A stretch of 64,000 nt of DNA. Source: Kudoa neothunni. Its lineage: Eukaryota; Animalia; Cnidaria. The stretch spans positions 1,458,717 to 1,522,716 of the forward strand of contig OZ199840.1 of NCBI GenBank assembly GCA_964304625.1, in the 5' to 3' direction. This document shows, in pieces, positions 37,729 to 51,316 of this stretch; position 1 is the first letter of the stretch; every line of letters starts with the position of its first letter. The notes beneath the pieces were generated by a model that was not told where the DNA came from, made no database searches, and worked only from the letters and a program-made list of their open reading frames with translations. Position numbers and translations under genes: made by a program.

Positions 37729-39830
37729 TTAATCCTCGTACACATGAGCAAAAAACTTACGTTAACCCGCAGTGGGGGTCAAAAATGACCCCCACTAAAA
37801 AATAAACACATGAAAACGTTTTTAAAATTAAAAAATTCTAATTGTTATTGTTTGAGTTTAAACATTCAATGCAAATTATTTCTTCTTTGTTATGAAGTTT
37901 TCACGCCATTTTATTGCATAATTTGCACTGACGTTTTCAATCTTCTCGAACGAATACAGATTTGGCACCACTTTCTAGCATTATTCTGTAAGATTTTTGG
38001 CCTTTTCAAAGATAGAATGCCAGTTTCGGGACTTTTAGACGGTGAAAGCTCGTCTGCGAGTAATTTTAGAAATTCTCTCCTTACTCGCTTTCTATATTTA
38101 TTCAAGAATGCGGGATGCTTTTGGCAATACAACAGGTAGGCATTATATGCAGCAATGTCTAACAAATTATAGAAAAGAGCCATTGGCCACCTTCGTGTTT
38201 TTTTACCGAAAAATATCTTACTACTTGATCAAGAGTATCAACTCCATCTTTTGTAGAATTATAGTAAGATATAATTTCAGGTTTTTGACTTTCTTCATCA
38301 ATATTCGCATCTCTGTGGAGTGTTGACAACAAGACAACTGATCTGTTTTTCTTAGGGTTGTATTTGACGAGTGTGACCTTATCTTGAAACAAGAACTGAC
38401 TATTATCTTCATTTCCTTTCGATATTTGAAACTCTGGTATCAAATTTTTTTTATTTCTTCGAACAGTTCCTACAATTGTCAATTTTTGGCCAAGTGGAAA
38501 TCTTGCGAGGGAAAGAGTGGTGAAAAAATTATCTGTTGTGATATTTCGACCAGATTTATAAATCGGTTCTCATAAAGTTTTCACAACATTTTCCCCTTGA
38601 TTAAACTGTACTTCGCCATTTTTTTCCAAGATATACCTTTTCATTGAATAGGTAAGCATTCTTTGAGTCGCACAAAGCCCATATTTTAATATCATACCGT
38701 CCGGGTTTATTTGGAATGTACATTTTTAAACCACATCTCCCTCTAATTGTCACCAGTTGCTCATCAACCGTCATTTGTTCATTTGGTGTATAATTTTTTC
38801 GACAATTTCCAATAAAGTGCTCAAAAACTTCTCTTATTGGAGCCAATTTGTCATCTTGTATTCTGGATTCTCTTTTATCAAACCGCATACACGAAGATAT
38901 TTTTTCAAATAAATTAATGGATATTGACTGATTTATTGTAGGTTGACCATACTTTGATGAACAGAATTCACGAATATCCATATTTTTACCCTTCATTAAA
39001 CCAATCATTATACATCCTCCAATATATTTCATTAGATCATCCTTGATAGTCATAGTTAATTTTGATCGATGGTTTTTTATATAATGATTGGTGCAATCAA
39101 CAATAAAATCAAGGATCTCGTTGTCAAAAAAGTTCAAAAATGCCATGAGTGGGGTATCCGATCGTTTTAGAACATGTGTTTTGAAACATGGTTGGCATTT
39201 AAAAATATTTTCCGCGTCAGTTCTTCGTTGGTATCTTGTTGGATGTTTAGGTCACTTTTCTCCATCTTTCGAAGTCAACGTGGCAATCAATTCATTGTTA
39301 AATTCTGCCCCAATATCTGAATAATTATAATCAGGTGTAGGATTGTCGATTAAATAGTCGCTAAACTCAGAATCAGTGTCATCCAATAGAATTTCATGTT
39401 CATCTCTTTCCATCTCTAAAACTGACTAAAGTTCAGCTGATTTTGAATCTATATGATCACGTTACGCATTAAAAACTCATAGATTTATCTCTCCATCAAA
39501 ATTATTTTACTTATTCTTAAAATTAAATGAATATTTAATCATTGTATTTAGTATTATACATAGAATAAAGAGAGTAATTATCATTGATTTTCCAATAAGG
39601 AGTGGGGGTCAAAAATGACCCCCAATGTGGGGAACGGAAGTTTTAATGTTTCGATGATTTAATAGTGTTTAAAACTAATTTTATTTTTATTTCAATAAAT
39701 ATTTTAAATTTATAGAATAATAACATAAATTAAGAAAAATTATTTAAAATTCTGTAGGAGAGATTTTAAGAAAATCGCTGATAAAAGGGCTGGGCCCATT
39801 TTTGACCCCCAAAGTGTGTACGAGGGTTAA
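37729..39830 (-). mobile_element. Full-length piggyBac with a lightly disrupted transposase
   Basis: TTAA at 37729 and 39827. TIR (C/T)CCTCGTACACA. GGGGTCAAAAATGACCCC-type repeats at ~37775, ~39605 and ~39792. Catalytic motifs TVDEQL, ITTDNFF and GVDTLDQ present. A TGA near 39252 and about 2-3 frameshifts. Confidence 0.95.
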
Positions 39831-39929
39831 AATAAAATATACTCTTTTAAATTTCAAAGTATAAATTTACTAATCCAATTTTCAATTGTAATATGAAAAA
39901 TTTATTAAATCTATTGGATTTAAATATAT

Positions 39930-39995
39930 GCTGCCCTGCCTTTTAGTTTGACATGGTTATCCGGCCCGACAGCCCTATTAGGTTGCCGGCCCCTG
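39930..39995. mobile_element. hAT-type terminus
   Basis: Ends GGTTGCCGGCCCCTG (reverse complement CAGGGGCCGGCAACC, typical hAT TIR) with a GGCCC subterminal motif. Confidence 0.55.
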
Positions 39996-40621
39996 ATCTA
40001 AAGTAAAGAGTGTTGGGCGTCCTAGAGGTGCTGCGCTTACAGTTGTTGACTTTCCTATAAAAAGAAAACAGGATAAATAATAAAACAACTAACTATATAA
40101 ATAAAACAATTAATAGATGGAAATCAAAAATTTTCTTCATGTTATTAATGCCTAAATAAATTGCGGTATAATAAAGCTAATTTGTACCTTTATATAGCGA
40201 AAAGATAGATCATTTAATATGTAGAAAATTAGGATCGCGAAATATAAAGATCTATCATTTTACGCGATATGTTAACAGTGCATTATTATTGTCTTTAGCG
40301 ATATAGCGGTGCTTCTTCATTCATGCGCAAGTTCGGTGAATTTGCATTAGTAAATTTGGGTCTTTAATTGAAACAATTTATATTACTCTGAATTATGGAA
40401 AAGATAATCACGTTTATAAATTATAAATCGCTAATTAAGGACTTAAAAATAATTTTTAACCTCTGAATTCATTGCCATAAAATGCAAAAATTTGTAATCT
40501 TGGATTTTTTTATAATAATTTAACTTTTTTGCGAAAAAATTATTTATTATAAAAACGAAATTGAAATTTGTATAGACATGCTAGTTTTCGAATTATTTCC
40601 TCCCGTTGCAATAGCCACTGC
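39996..40621 (+). mobile_element. 3' part of the long-TIR element seen whole at 57890-59511
   Basis: Collinear with 58868-59511 (ATCTAAARTAAAGAG...TATATAGCGAAAAGATAG...GCAATAGCMACTGC). Confidence 0.8.
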
Positions 40622-41719
40622 GTAAATACAATAAAACAGCCTAAATGACGTGTGATATATTAAAAATCTACATAACAATATAATAATATTTTGAGATAAT
40701 AATTAAAAATATTGTTATGTATTTGGATAAAATTCATGAGACACTTTGAAATTAAATTGATTAGTACACAAATAGTTTTCCTACCTAAAAACACCATTAT
40801 TGTCTTGTTTACGATGGATCAAGGGATCATCTATTCGTTCAAAACTGCATATAAAAGACAACGAAAGGATCATCCAATGCTTTAGAAAACATAGGTAGAT
40901 ATATTGCTTCCTTAAGCATCTTGAATTTTCTGGATGCCATGCGTCCATCGAAAAAAACCCGTAAGTCTGTTGAGATTGAAACAATCAATTTTTTTAAAAA
41001 GAATCTTTATTTTTCTCTGTAAAGAATGAAAATTTATTAAAATAATAAAGCCATCAATTTCATTGGATTGATCTTAAATAAAGTGTAAAAAATGATTGAG
41101 GAGGAAGCCAATTTTTATAGAACAAAGTGATTGTGATATTCAAAAATGTAATTTTTCACCAAACAATAAATAATCTTAAGAACCTAATGTTTAGATTATA
41201 ATGGATGGCATATCCACAAATTTATTAATTATTACTCATTAACAACGTAAAATTAAAGGAATTCTCAATCAGATATGATCCCTATTAAAATTCATCATGG
41301 CCTAATTCTAGGTTCCACGCTGTATCACGAATGAATATGCTAACTCCTATTTTTAATCTATTTTTTGTATTTTGAACTTTTTTATTTCATTTTTTTTAAA
41401 ATTTACGTATAGATTCTGAATTAGACTTTAGTTTGGTGTTTGTTTTAGGTACGTGGCTGATAGATTCATTGTCGACTGATGATGGATTTTCCTATTCTGA
41501 TTATTCGAACATTACGTCAAATAAACCCTCTAATCATTAAATCAAAATATTTAGCTAGATAAAGAATTAAGTATAAACCAGTTTCAATATAATGACATTT
41601 TTTATTGAATTTATTTATAACCTTATTCATGTATCGAATTATTTTCATTAATCATAAATAAACCGAGGATTGTTTTTCTTCGGCTCAATTTATATTATTT
41701 AATTGTATCCATAAATTAT

Positions 41720-43190
41720 ATGAATTATTCATTTTGTAAAATATTTTTTCTCTTATCCATAAAATATTGCTTTTCAGGTTCGGTCACTTAATTATCTAAT
41801 TTGTTTCGATTTTTTTTTCAGATCCGATATTACCATCCTATGAAAGGGATGAAGGGGATTGGCCTATAGGGGGGATAAGAAGCATGGAAAACGTTATTGA
41901 TCGTTGGTTTATTGACATTAACGATGCCAAATGCAAACCTCTAGAATACCGTGGTATCAAAGGAAATTACAACAATTTCGCATCAAAAGGACTTTGTGAA
42001 ATGCACGGTAAATTATTTTACAAGACTACCTTATTACGATAACTTAAGGTAAATTAACCGAAAGAGAAAAACTTCAAGGATGCAAAAAACCAATGCATCC
42101 AGGTCATTGTGTAAAAAATAAAAATACAGAAGCATGGCATTACTTTGACCAAACGTCGGCCACATGCGTTGAGTTTAAATATAACGGATGTGGTGGAAGT
42201 TTTAACAGATACGAAAATAAAACAGAATGTTTGTTATATTGTTTGAGTAGGTGATATATCTTTTTGAATTTATATAAAATAATATATCTTAGATAAAAGG
42301 AATGGGGGTCTTACTAACGCTGATGAAAAAAAAATAGCTGCGGATAAAAGCAAAGATATATATAAAGTACCAAATTATTTGGATTGTACATTGAGGCCAG
42401 ACGTCAAAGACAAAGATCCTAACACAGGAATTATTGCTGATATTGGGAAAAAGAAATGTGCTTATGCTGCGGTCTCCATAGATTCAAACACAAGAGGAAT
42501 CTTTGGCTCCTTTCATGAATGTGTCAACAAATGTTTTCGTATATTTATTAATTATGATAAATAGTTCAACAATTTTTAGCGTATGACTTCAATTCAACTG
42601 ATTCAAAAGCAAACCAATACAACATGAAAGTCAAAGCATGTTTAAGTGACCCTTCTCAATATGCAATGAGCGGAGGAAAGGGAGATCCTGTCTACAGATA
42701 TTATTATGATTCTAAAGCTAAATTATGCAAACTTATGGAAACAGGGCCGCGTGAAGATACTACAACTGAGTTTAATCCGAGAGAAAATAACTTCTCGACT
42801 ATGGAAATGTGCCACAGTTATTGCGGCGCGGGTACTATTTCTGTTATCATTTTTACTGAATTTCATCCACTTAAAGCTTAATGACAATAATTAATTAATG
42901 GAATCAACTAATGTAGAATGAATTTAGAGCACTATAAAAAGCAAATAATAATCGAAGAAACGTGTACTAAAGATAAAGAGGGAGAATGGAAGTCAGGAGA
43001 CTCAGGAAAATTTAAAGTCAAGAGATTCTATTACGATAAAACCGACCACAAATGCAAAGAATTTAATTACAAGGGGTATGATGGCAATTCAAACAACTTT
43101 AACACAGGAGACCAATGTGAAGCAATTTGTTATGGTCATTATGATCAAGGTAAACATGTTACGATTAAATCCACAACCCCAAATGTATAA
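41720..43190 (+). CDS. Secreted five-Kunitz-domain protein, copy 2
   Basis: Same 6-exon phase-1 structure. ATG at 41720, frame checked intact to TAA at 43190. Confidence 0.92.
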
Positions 43191-43846
43191 GATCCACATA
43201 ATACAGAACATCTTACACAAGGAAACAAGCTATAACATATAACAATTTCGACGTATCAATATTTTATTACTTCATCAAATTTCTCAGTGTTTCATTAGAT
43301 CTTTTGGTCTTACTTTTATATTATGAATAAGCAAAGTAATAAAGTTATTGATACATTTTGTATCAAAACAATTTTTTTTTAAATCTTGATTTTTTCCATC
43401 AAGTGTGATATACTATTATAATAGTAAAGCTCTCGATAACACTGATTTACTCGCCAATAATGTGGAAATATGATTGTGGAGGAAAACCCAATTTTTATAT
43501 AACTAAATTACTGTAATATTCAAAAATGTAATTTTTCACTGAACAATAAGAATTACTTGGAATCTATGTTTATATTCTATTTGTGGATGACACATCCACA
43601 AATTAATTAAGTGTCAATCATTAACAAAAATAAAATTAAAGGGATCCTAATCAAATTTTACATCTATTAATGTTCAACATGACCTAATTCTAGGTTTCAC
43701 GCTGCACTACGAATGAATATATATTCTAGCTCATATTTTAATCTATTTATGTATTTTAACCCTTGTAGTTTAAATTTATTTGATAGAAAATTATGTAGAG
43801 ATTCTGAATCATACTTCAGATTGGTGTTTGTTTTTTGTACATAGTA

Positions 43847-46103
43847 CTGTGTTATCAAAACTTTTTTCAAAAAATATGCTGCGACCGACATTAATATCAA
43901 ATATTTAATCTAATTCAATATTGACAATTTTAATTTTTTAATAATATTTATATCTTGAGTTATTTATAATGAAAATGTCATATTAATGAAACCGTATATT
44001 TTTGTAATAATAATTATTTATTTATTAGTTTAAAAATTTTATTTTGCATTAATTTTACTTGGATTTATCGAGCATGAATATTGTTTTTTAAACTATTATT
44101 AAACCGTCAAGTTTATCTTGTGACGATTTATCACTCTTGCTTTTTTATTATCTGAGCCGGTTCATTATAATAAAATTAATGTTTTAAATAAAATATTTCT
44201 TTTTTAATGTGATTTTTAGTTTATGGGCACAAACGATTCATCTACAAAATTAAAAACTACTAATATTTAATAATTTTTCGCTTTGATATTCAATGCAATC
44301 AACTCAATTTTTTATATATAATTTCTTTATATCAATAAAATAATATAAACAATTATAGCATGTTTTATTGTAAATTAAATAAATTTAAATGCATACCAAA
44401 TTCGTTCGAATATAAACACGCCTCTGTCTAATATCAATACTTTTTAATACTCTAGGTATTTAAAACAAAATTTATTCAGACAATGAGTTTTGTTGTTTTT
44501 AATTTAAACAAATGAATAATAAACAATTTAATATATTACTGTCCGTGATTTAAATAGAAAAATCTATATAAACAAATAAAAATTATTAATGTCACAATAG
44601 TATCTATTTGATGAAGATATAGTTAATCACATTAACCAATAACACACTAGTTTAGTGTAACATAGTCTTATAGAGATCTATTTTAATATAACATTAACTA
44701 TATTGCTTATTGATGTTTGCTATAATATAAAAAAATATTTAAACATCAAATATTTTTATTAATTTTTAACAATTTAATAAAAAAATTATACTTTTTAAAA
44801 TATTCAGCCTAAATTTAAGAAAATGAATCATTTAATTCAGGAATAAAATCAAATATAATATCCACACCTGGATTATATATAGCGGAAGTTAGAAAGGTTT
44901 CGTTGTTAATAAAACATTTAAATGAGGCAAACAATATTATTTTTCGAAATTATTTTGTATTCTAAATTTTTATTAATTTTGGAGATTCTAACAAAATATA
45001 AATTAATTATTTTCCATATTTTACCATGCCAATTCAATTTAAATAATTAAATACGTTACGCAAAGTCAAATATATGTTTGAAAAATGGGGATAAAAATTT
45101 GTGTACAATTCCATGTTATTTCAATTATTCAATGACAACTTTTTTTAAATTAAGAATCATATATATTTTATTACTTTATTAGATTTTGGTGGCACAATAA
45201 AATTTATTCCCATATTAATTTTATGTTTTGTTAAATAAACTATTTATAAAATTTATATCTTCGATTATCAATAATATGACTAGCATATAAGGATAGTAAA
45301 CAAATATATTTGGGATATGCAGATTATATTTTCATGAAATGACTACAAACATATTATTTTGTATAATACAAATATTTAATTTCATATGAATTTATAATGT
45401 TATTTAATAAAATTCTTCCTGTACGAGAATTCTGGACGAATAATGCTTTCAATGTCTAGATTTGAGTTATTAAATCGTCAAACAAACTAAAGTGTTTGAA
45501 AATACCTTCATGTTTTAATAGCTAGATCAAACATAAGGTGAACTTTTTAAAAATACTTGTATCATTTAAATATCATGTGAATAATCGTATTTAAGTATAA
45601 AATAACTAAAAATAAAAAAAATTATGGAGTAAACCAGCTATGTGCCATGGAATTAAACGAGCCCAAGTAATACATGAATAGTTACGTGTCTAAAATTTAA
45701 TGGATAAATAATTTAACTATTATCTTTATAAGATTTTCAAGTCAAAGAATTTTTCGCGAGCACCAAAAACAAACGAACGAAAGGGTGAATATTGCTTGAT
45801 CGGAACACGTGTTGATTATTTCAGGTCGCATGATGAGCTAAGTTTTTACTGTTTCCCATCTTGAAATGTTCTGTGCCATCCATAAAACAAAAAAATGTCG
45901 CCTAATTAAATATATTTTTTTATTAAATCAATATAAATCGAATTCAAAAGTTAAAATAACATTTTCAATCCTGAGGGTATCCTACACAGCATGGTTCCGC
46001 GTCTTCATGCGCCGTCAAAATTAGTCAGAAAAATTTTCACCACTCGTAAAAAATCTATCATAATCCATATGTGGATCGTATGACCTCAGTTTGAGAAACA
46101 CCA
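43847..46103. mobile_element. Decayed hAT element inserted in the upstream region of Kunitz copy 3
   Basis: Ends CTGTGTTATCAAAACT / AGTTTGAGAAACACCA resemble the hAT TIR CAGTGTTTCTCAAACT. Degenerate 8-bp TSD acatagta/acgtagct. The empty site (TACGTRGCT) is visible in copies 1 and 2. Confidence 0.75.
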
Positions 46104-46372
46104 ACGTAGCTGATAGATTCATTGTCGACTGATGATGGATTTTCCTATTCTGATTATTCGAACATTACGTCAAATAAACCCTCTAATTATTAAATCAAAA
46201 TATTTAGCTAGATAAAGAATTAAGTATAAACCAGTTTCAATATAATGACATTTTTTATTGAATTTATTTATAACCTTATTCATGTATCGAATTATTTTCA
46301 TTAATCATAAATAAACCGAGGATTGTTTGTCTTCGGCTCAATTTATATTATTTAATTGTATCCATAAATTAT

Positions 46373-47850
46373 ATGAATTATTCATTTTGTAAAATATTTT
46401 TTCTCTTATCTATAAAATATTGCTTTTCAGGTTCGGTCACTTAATTACCTAATTTGTTTCAATTTTTCCTTCAGATCCGATATTACCATCCTATGAAAGG
46501 GATGAAGGTGATTGGCCTATTGGAGTAAAAAAAAGCATGGAAAACGTTATTGATCGTTGGTTTATTGACATTAACGATGCCAAATGTAAGCCTCTCGAAT
46601 ATCGTGGTATCAAAGGAAATTACAACAATTTCGCATCAAAAGGACTTTGTGAAATGCATGGTAAATTATTTTGGAAGACTGCCTTATTACGATAATTTAA
46701 GGTAAATTAACCGAAAGGGAAAAACTTCAAGGATGCAAAAAACCAATGCATCCAGGACACTGTGTAAAAAATAGAAATATAGTAAAAAAACATTATTACT
46801 TTGACCAAACGTCTGCCAAATGCGTTGAGTTTGATTATAATGGATGTGGTGGAAGTTTTAACCGATATAAAAATGAAACAGAATGTCTGTTGTATTGCCT
46901 AAGTATAATTTGTTACTTTTCAAATATATAAAATAATTTATTTTAGATAAAAAGAATGGTGGTCTTACTAACGCTGATGACGGCAAAATATCTATGGTTA
47001 CAAACAAAGATATATATAAAGTACCAAATTATTTGGATTGTACATTGAGGCCAGATGTCAAAGACAAAGATCCTAGCACATCAATTATTGCTGATATTGG
47101 GAAGCAGAAGTGTGCTTATGCTGCAGTCTCCATAGATTCAAACACAAGAGGAATTTTTAACTCCTTCCATGAATGTGTCAACAAATGTTTTCGTATTTAT
47201 ATTAATTATGATAAATAGTTAAACAATTTTTAGCATATGACTACAATTCATCTGATTCAAAAGCAAACCAATATAACAAGAAAGTCCGTGCATGTAGCGA
47301 TCCTCCCTTTCAGTATGCTATACCTGACGATAAGGGAGATAAGAGTATTGTCTACAGATATTATTATGATTCCAATGCTAAATTATGCAAACGTATGGAA
47401 ACATGGCCACATGAAAATACTTCCACTGAGTTTGACACAACTAAAAATAACTTCCCAACGATGGAAATGTGTCACAGTTATTGCGGCGCGGGTACTATTT
47501 TTGTTATTATTTTTATTAAATTACCTACAATTAAGGCTTAATAATAGCAATTAATCCATGTAATTAAATTATGTAAACTAAATTTAGAAAACTATAAAAA
47601 GCAAATTGTAATTGAAGAAACGTGTACCAAAGATAAAGAGGGAGAATGGGTGTCAGAAGACTCAGGAAAATTTAAAGTTGAGAGATTCTATTACAATTAT
47701 AAGGAGCACAAATGCATACCTTTTAATTACAAGGGGTATGATGGAAATTCAAATAACTTTAGAACATCACAGCAATGTCAAGCAATTTGTTATGGTCATT
47801 ATGACGATGGTAAACATATTACGATTGAACCTGCCACCCCCACTGTATAA
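46373..47850 (+). CDS. Secreted five-Kunitz-domain protein, copy 3
   Basis: Same 6-exon structure. ATG at 46373, intact to TAA at 47850. Confidence 0.92.
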
Positions 47851-48043
47851 GATCCGTATAATACAGGACATCTAATACAAGAAATTTAGCTATAACATTG
47901 CGGTTTATAAATATTTTGTTACTTCATAAAGTTGTTCAAAATATTTCATTTAAACTTTTTGGTTTTATTTAAAAATTATAGAAAAGCAAAGTATGTAAAT
48001 TATTGATGTATTATGTATTAAAGCAAAATATTTAAATGAATTA

Positions 48044-51000
48044 CAGCGCAACAGTACTCGTACATAACAGATATCGTATATAATCGCCATTTTTTACACA
48101 AAACTAAATTTGAATCTTCTAATTCTTCTTATAATAAAGATGATACTATTAACTATGAGATAAATAAAAATACAAAAAAATTGACCACCGCAAAAAAAGA
48201 AATAAATCAAAAACATAGCTCGTACGTAATACAGCGATTCTACGTAATGGAAATTGTATCTGAAAGTACACTTTACACTCTTTGTGCATAATTGTGGAAA
48301 TAATAAAATCTATCTAATCGCGAAATTACACAAGCTTTTCTGAGATATATAAAATAATTCAACGTTACGATTCAGTACACGAATTGAGAAATTTAAAAAA
48401 ATGACTATTGGTAAGTATGACCTGAAAAGAATGTTAACGTTGAATGGGATTCTAATGAGAGATGTAATTTTTAAATCAGGAGGTTTAGTATTTTTGAAAA
48501 ATTGTCGAAAAACTTTAAACAAGACCTTAATCGCGATGTTGAAAACAAAATCTATAAATTGATATTTTAAGTAAGAGTGAATGATGTTTTATATACAATT
48601 ATATCAGAAAAAAATTTACGTTTAATATTGATTAAGTTGCGTTTAAAAAGGACAGTTAACTATATATTAATTTTTAAAAGATTATTAAAAATCGAGAAAC
48701 GTGTTAACAGCACAAAAAAATTTTCTAACGATCTCTGAGATACTCCCCTTGTTGTTATCGGTAGAATAAGGCAGTTTCGTCTACACTGTAAATAAAATTT
48801 TCAGAATATCTTTTAAAAAATGTTCTGATTTGGTTGGTCTACTCTGGAGTAGTTTCGGATGTAATATCAGCAGATTGGCTAATAAAATTTGATTTTCTAA
48901 TGTTGGACCCCTTTTTGTCCTTCCTGTATTAAGCTCCGAAACAAAACGCGTGTGTTTGACTGGGGTATTTCTTGACTTCAGACGAAATATGCTTTAAACT
49001 TATTCTAGTTGTCTCAATTTTATGTATTGTAAACAATACACATAGCTTAACAATTCTATAGCAGATATACAGCGGATTGCTATATCTAGAGTTATTTACA
49101 TGAATTTAATTATCAGCATCATTATTTGTATAAGGTTAAACTAAAAGCGCAAAGGTATATTTTACACTCCATAAACAATCGAAAATGTTGAATTTCATCA
49201 TCAAATAGGATGAATGAACATTTACGCAGTAAACTCCAGATACATCCTTGAGTGTGTAGACATTTTCTCAGTAATAGTCAATGATATAATAAAATTTAGG
49301 ATTAGTGTTATAATCAAGTGAATCGATATTCTATGAAACGAAAAAGAATATAATATTTCATTATCGTATTTATTTTCAGATAGACGTAATGAATGGTCGC
49401 GGCAGGGGCTCAGACCTGCGAGCCACAGCTTAAAAGGCGGTGGCACCATACCGCTGTGTTGTTGATTGCGCATTAGTTGACTTTGGTTGCAATTCTTAGA
49501 CCGCCGATTGAAGAGTTATTTAAACCTTTAAATTGTGGTGAGAACTCATATTAAACCCCCAGAAAAACAACAAATTAATAAAAAATTTTGTTACTCCAAC
49601 GTGCGAAAGCGAAAGCTAAAACAAAAACAAATGGAATAATTAATTTGATTAATTATCGTTAAACTATTGTTGATTAAATTCAAAAATAAAAATTTCTTTT
49701 CACGGTTCACGCTTTTGTTTGGATTAATAATTTTGATTTTTATGAGAGAAAATCATATTTATGATACATATATGAGATTTAGAGAATAATACAATAAATA
49801 TTCAATGGAATTTTAAAAACTATGTCTTATTTTATACATAAATCTTTAGCCGATAACTTACAAATTTTATTTTCAGATAGACACGCATTTATTATAGGAA
49901 CTTGAGAATTTTCAAAATAAATAACCAAAAATATATCAATGTAGAAACAAAATAGTCAATTTTGGGTCTTGAAATACCCCAATCAGTACCGGCAGGATTA
50001 AAACAACGAAACCCTCAACGAATTGCATGTGAAGATAAACCTTTTCCTTTGGCTAATTGATTTCTCTTGATGATTATCGTAACGACACTTACTACAATCT
50101 TTTTGCTTTGTGTCCACCCAATCCACTCATATACATCATCAACAGAATTAGATTGTCCTGCATGCAAATAATTTCTATTTTTAAATTTTAAAAACATTTA
50201 TAGATTTTGATTATTTTATTTTTCGTCTTTAGGGTGTCATTGGGAGTCGAGATAATAGATATTTTAAAACGTGATATAATGACAATTTTTGGGTCATTAA
50301 ATTGGAAACTTTCATAATAAAAAGTAATATTATGCTTTTCGACAATAGGTATAGTTGTTGTAGTTTTCTAGCATTAAATACCTACTTAACTAAATAATAA
50401 ACTAGAAGTATCCGAAAAAAGTGCGTGAAATTGATTACTTACTGTATTACAATTGCTAGATGATTCACTCCAAAGGAATGTAATAATAATAGTGATCATT
50501 TTAACTGTAGAAATTTAAAGGGTTTAAAGACCAAGTCAAACTAAAATATGTTATATTTCATGTTGAGTCTGGAAGCTTTCCTGCTGAAACATTCTCAGAA
50601 TGGAATGAGAAATTTCATGATGTTCTTGAAAAGTGGTCACCTGAGAATGTTTTAAACATTTGTTTAAAAATAATTAAAGATATGAAAAACGATTAAACAG
50701 ATGATAACAACACAATTTATGACGATTAATCGTAAATTGTGAATCCATCTATTTCATTTAATCAAGCTCTCGAATATTAAGTATATTTATTTAAGCTATT
50801 AAAGCAAACAAATGCGACCTCAGGTGAAGGCATTTTTTGTGTCGTAAAGAAGGTTCAAAGTATTATAATCGATGAAAGCGACACCAAAAATTTAGTTTTT
50901 TTTAAATATTTATATATTGGATAACGTGAATTCGTAGTGAGATAATAGAGTCGAACAAATGAGAAACAATAAAAATACATTTTATTGCATAAGAATGTTT

Positions 51001-51316
51001 GTTACCATTTATTTGTATTGTTTGTAATTTAATGATTTCTCTTTTTTTCATATCATAATTTTTTTAGAATTTGTTTAGATCATGAATAAACCATCTATTC
51101 ACTCAATTTATTTCACTTTAAAATTATTCTCTCAATACAAAAATAGACGAAATAATGTCAAAATTTATTTTATTTCAGTTAAATAAGCATAAAGCAATGA
51201 TTAAAGTAGAAGAAAAATCAATGCGCTCGCGCGAACAGGGGCTCGTACATTATGCAGCGATCCTACGTAATGAGGCTCCATTCCTCGACTGATTACGTAC
51301 GAGCCCTGTTGAACTG
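48044..51316 (+). mobile_element. Tigger/pogo-type element, decayed, with internal insertions
   Basis: TA flanks. TIRs CAGCGCAACAGTACTCGTACATAA vs CAGTTCAACAGGGCTCGTACGTAA (reverse complement of right end). Fragment GFKDQVKLKYVIFHVESGS...EWNEKFHDVLEKWSPENVLN (~50520-50657) matches Tigger transposases. Confidence 0.8.
49394..49462 (-). pseudogene. tRNA-Lys(TTT)-like pseudogene lacking the 5' acceptor strand
   Basis: Reverse complement reads ACAC-AGCGGTATG-GTGC (D arm), CACCGC-CTTTTAA-GCTGTG (anticodon arm, TTT), GCAGG-TCTGAGCC-CCTGC (degenerate T arm), CGCGACC-A. The complementary GGTCGCG is absent from its expected place. Confidence 0.55.

Noticed and set aside
39955-39995. Twister or HDV-like ribozyme in a GC-rich patch
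   Set aside because: Better explained as a hAT terminal repeat with subterminal motifs.
51233-51312. Long hairpin as a miRNA or ncRNA
   Set aside because: It is the Tigger TIR paired with its inverted subterminal repeat, which also occurs at ~48211-48250.
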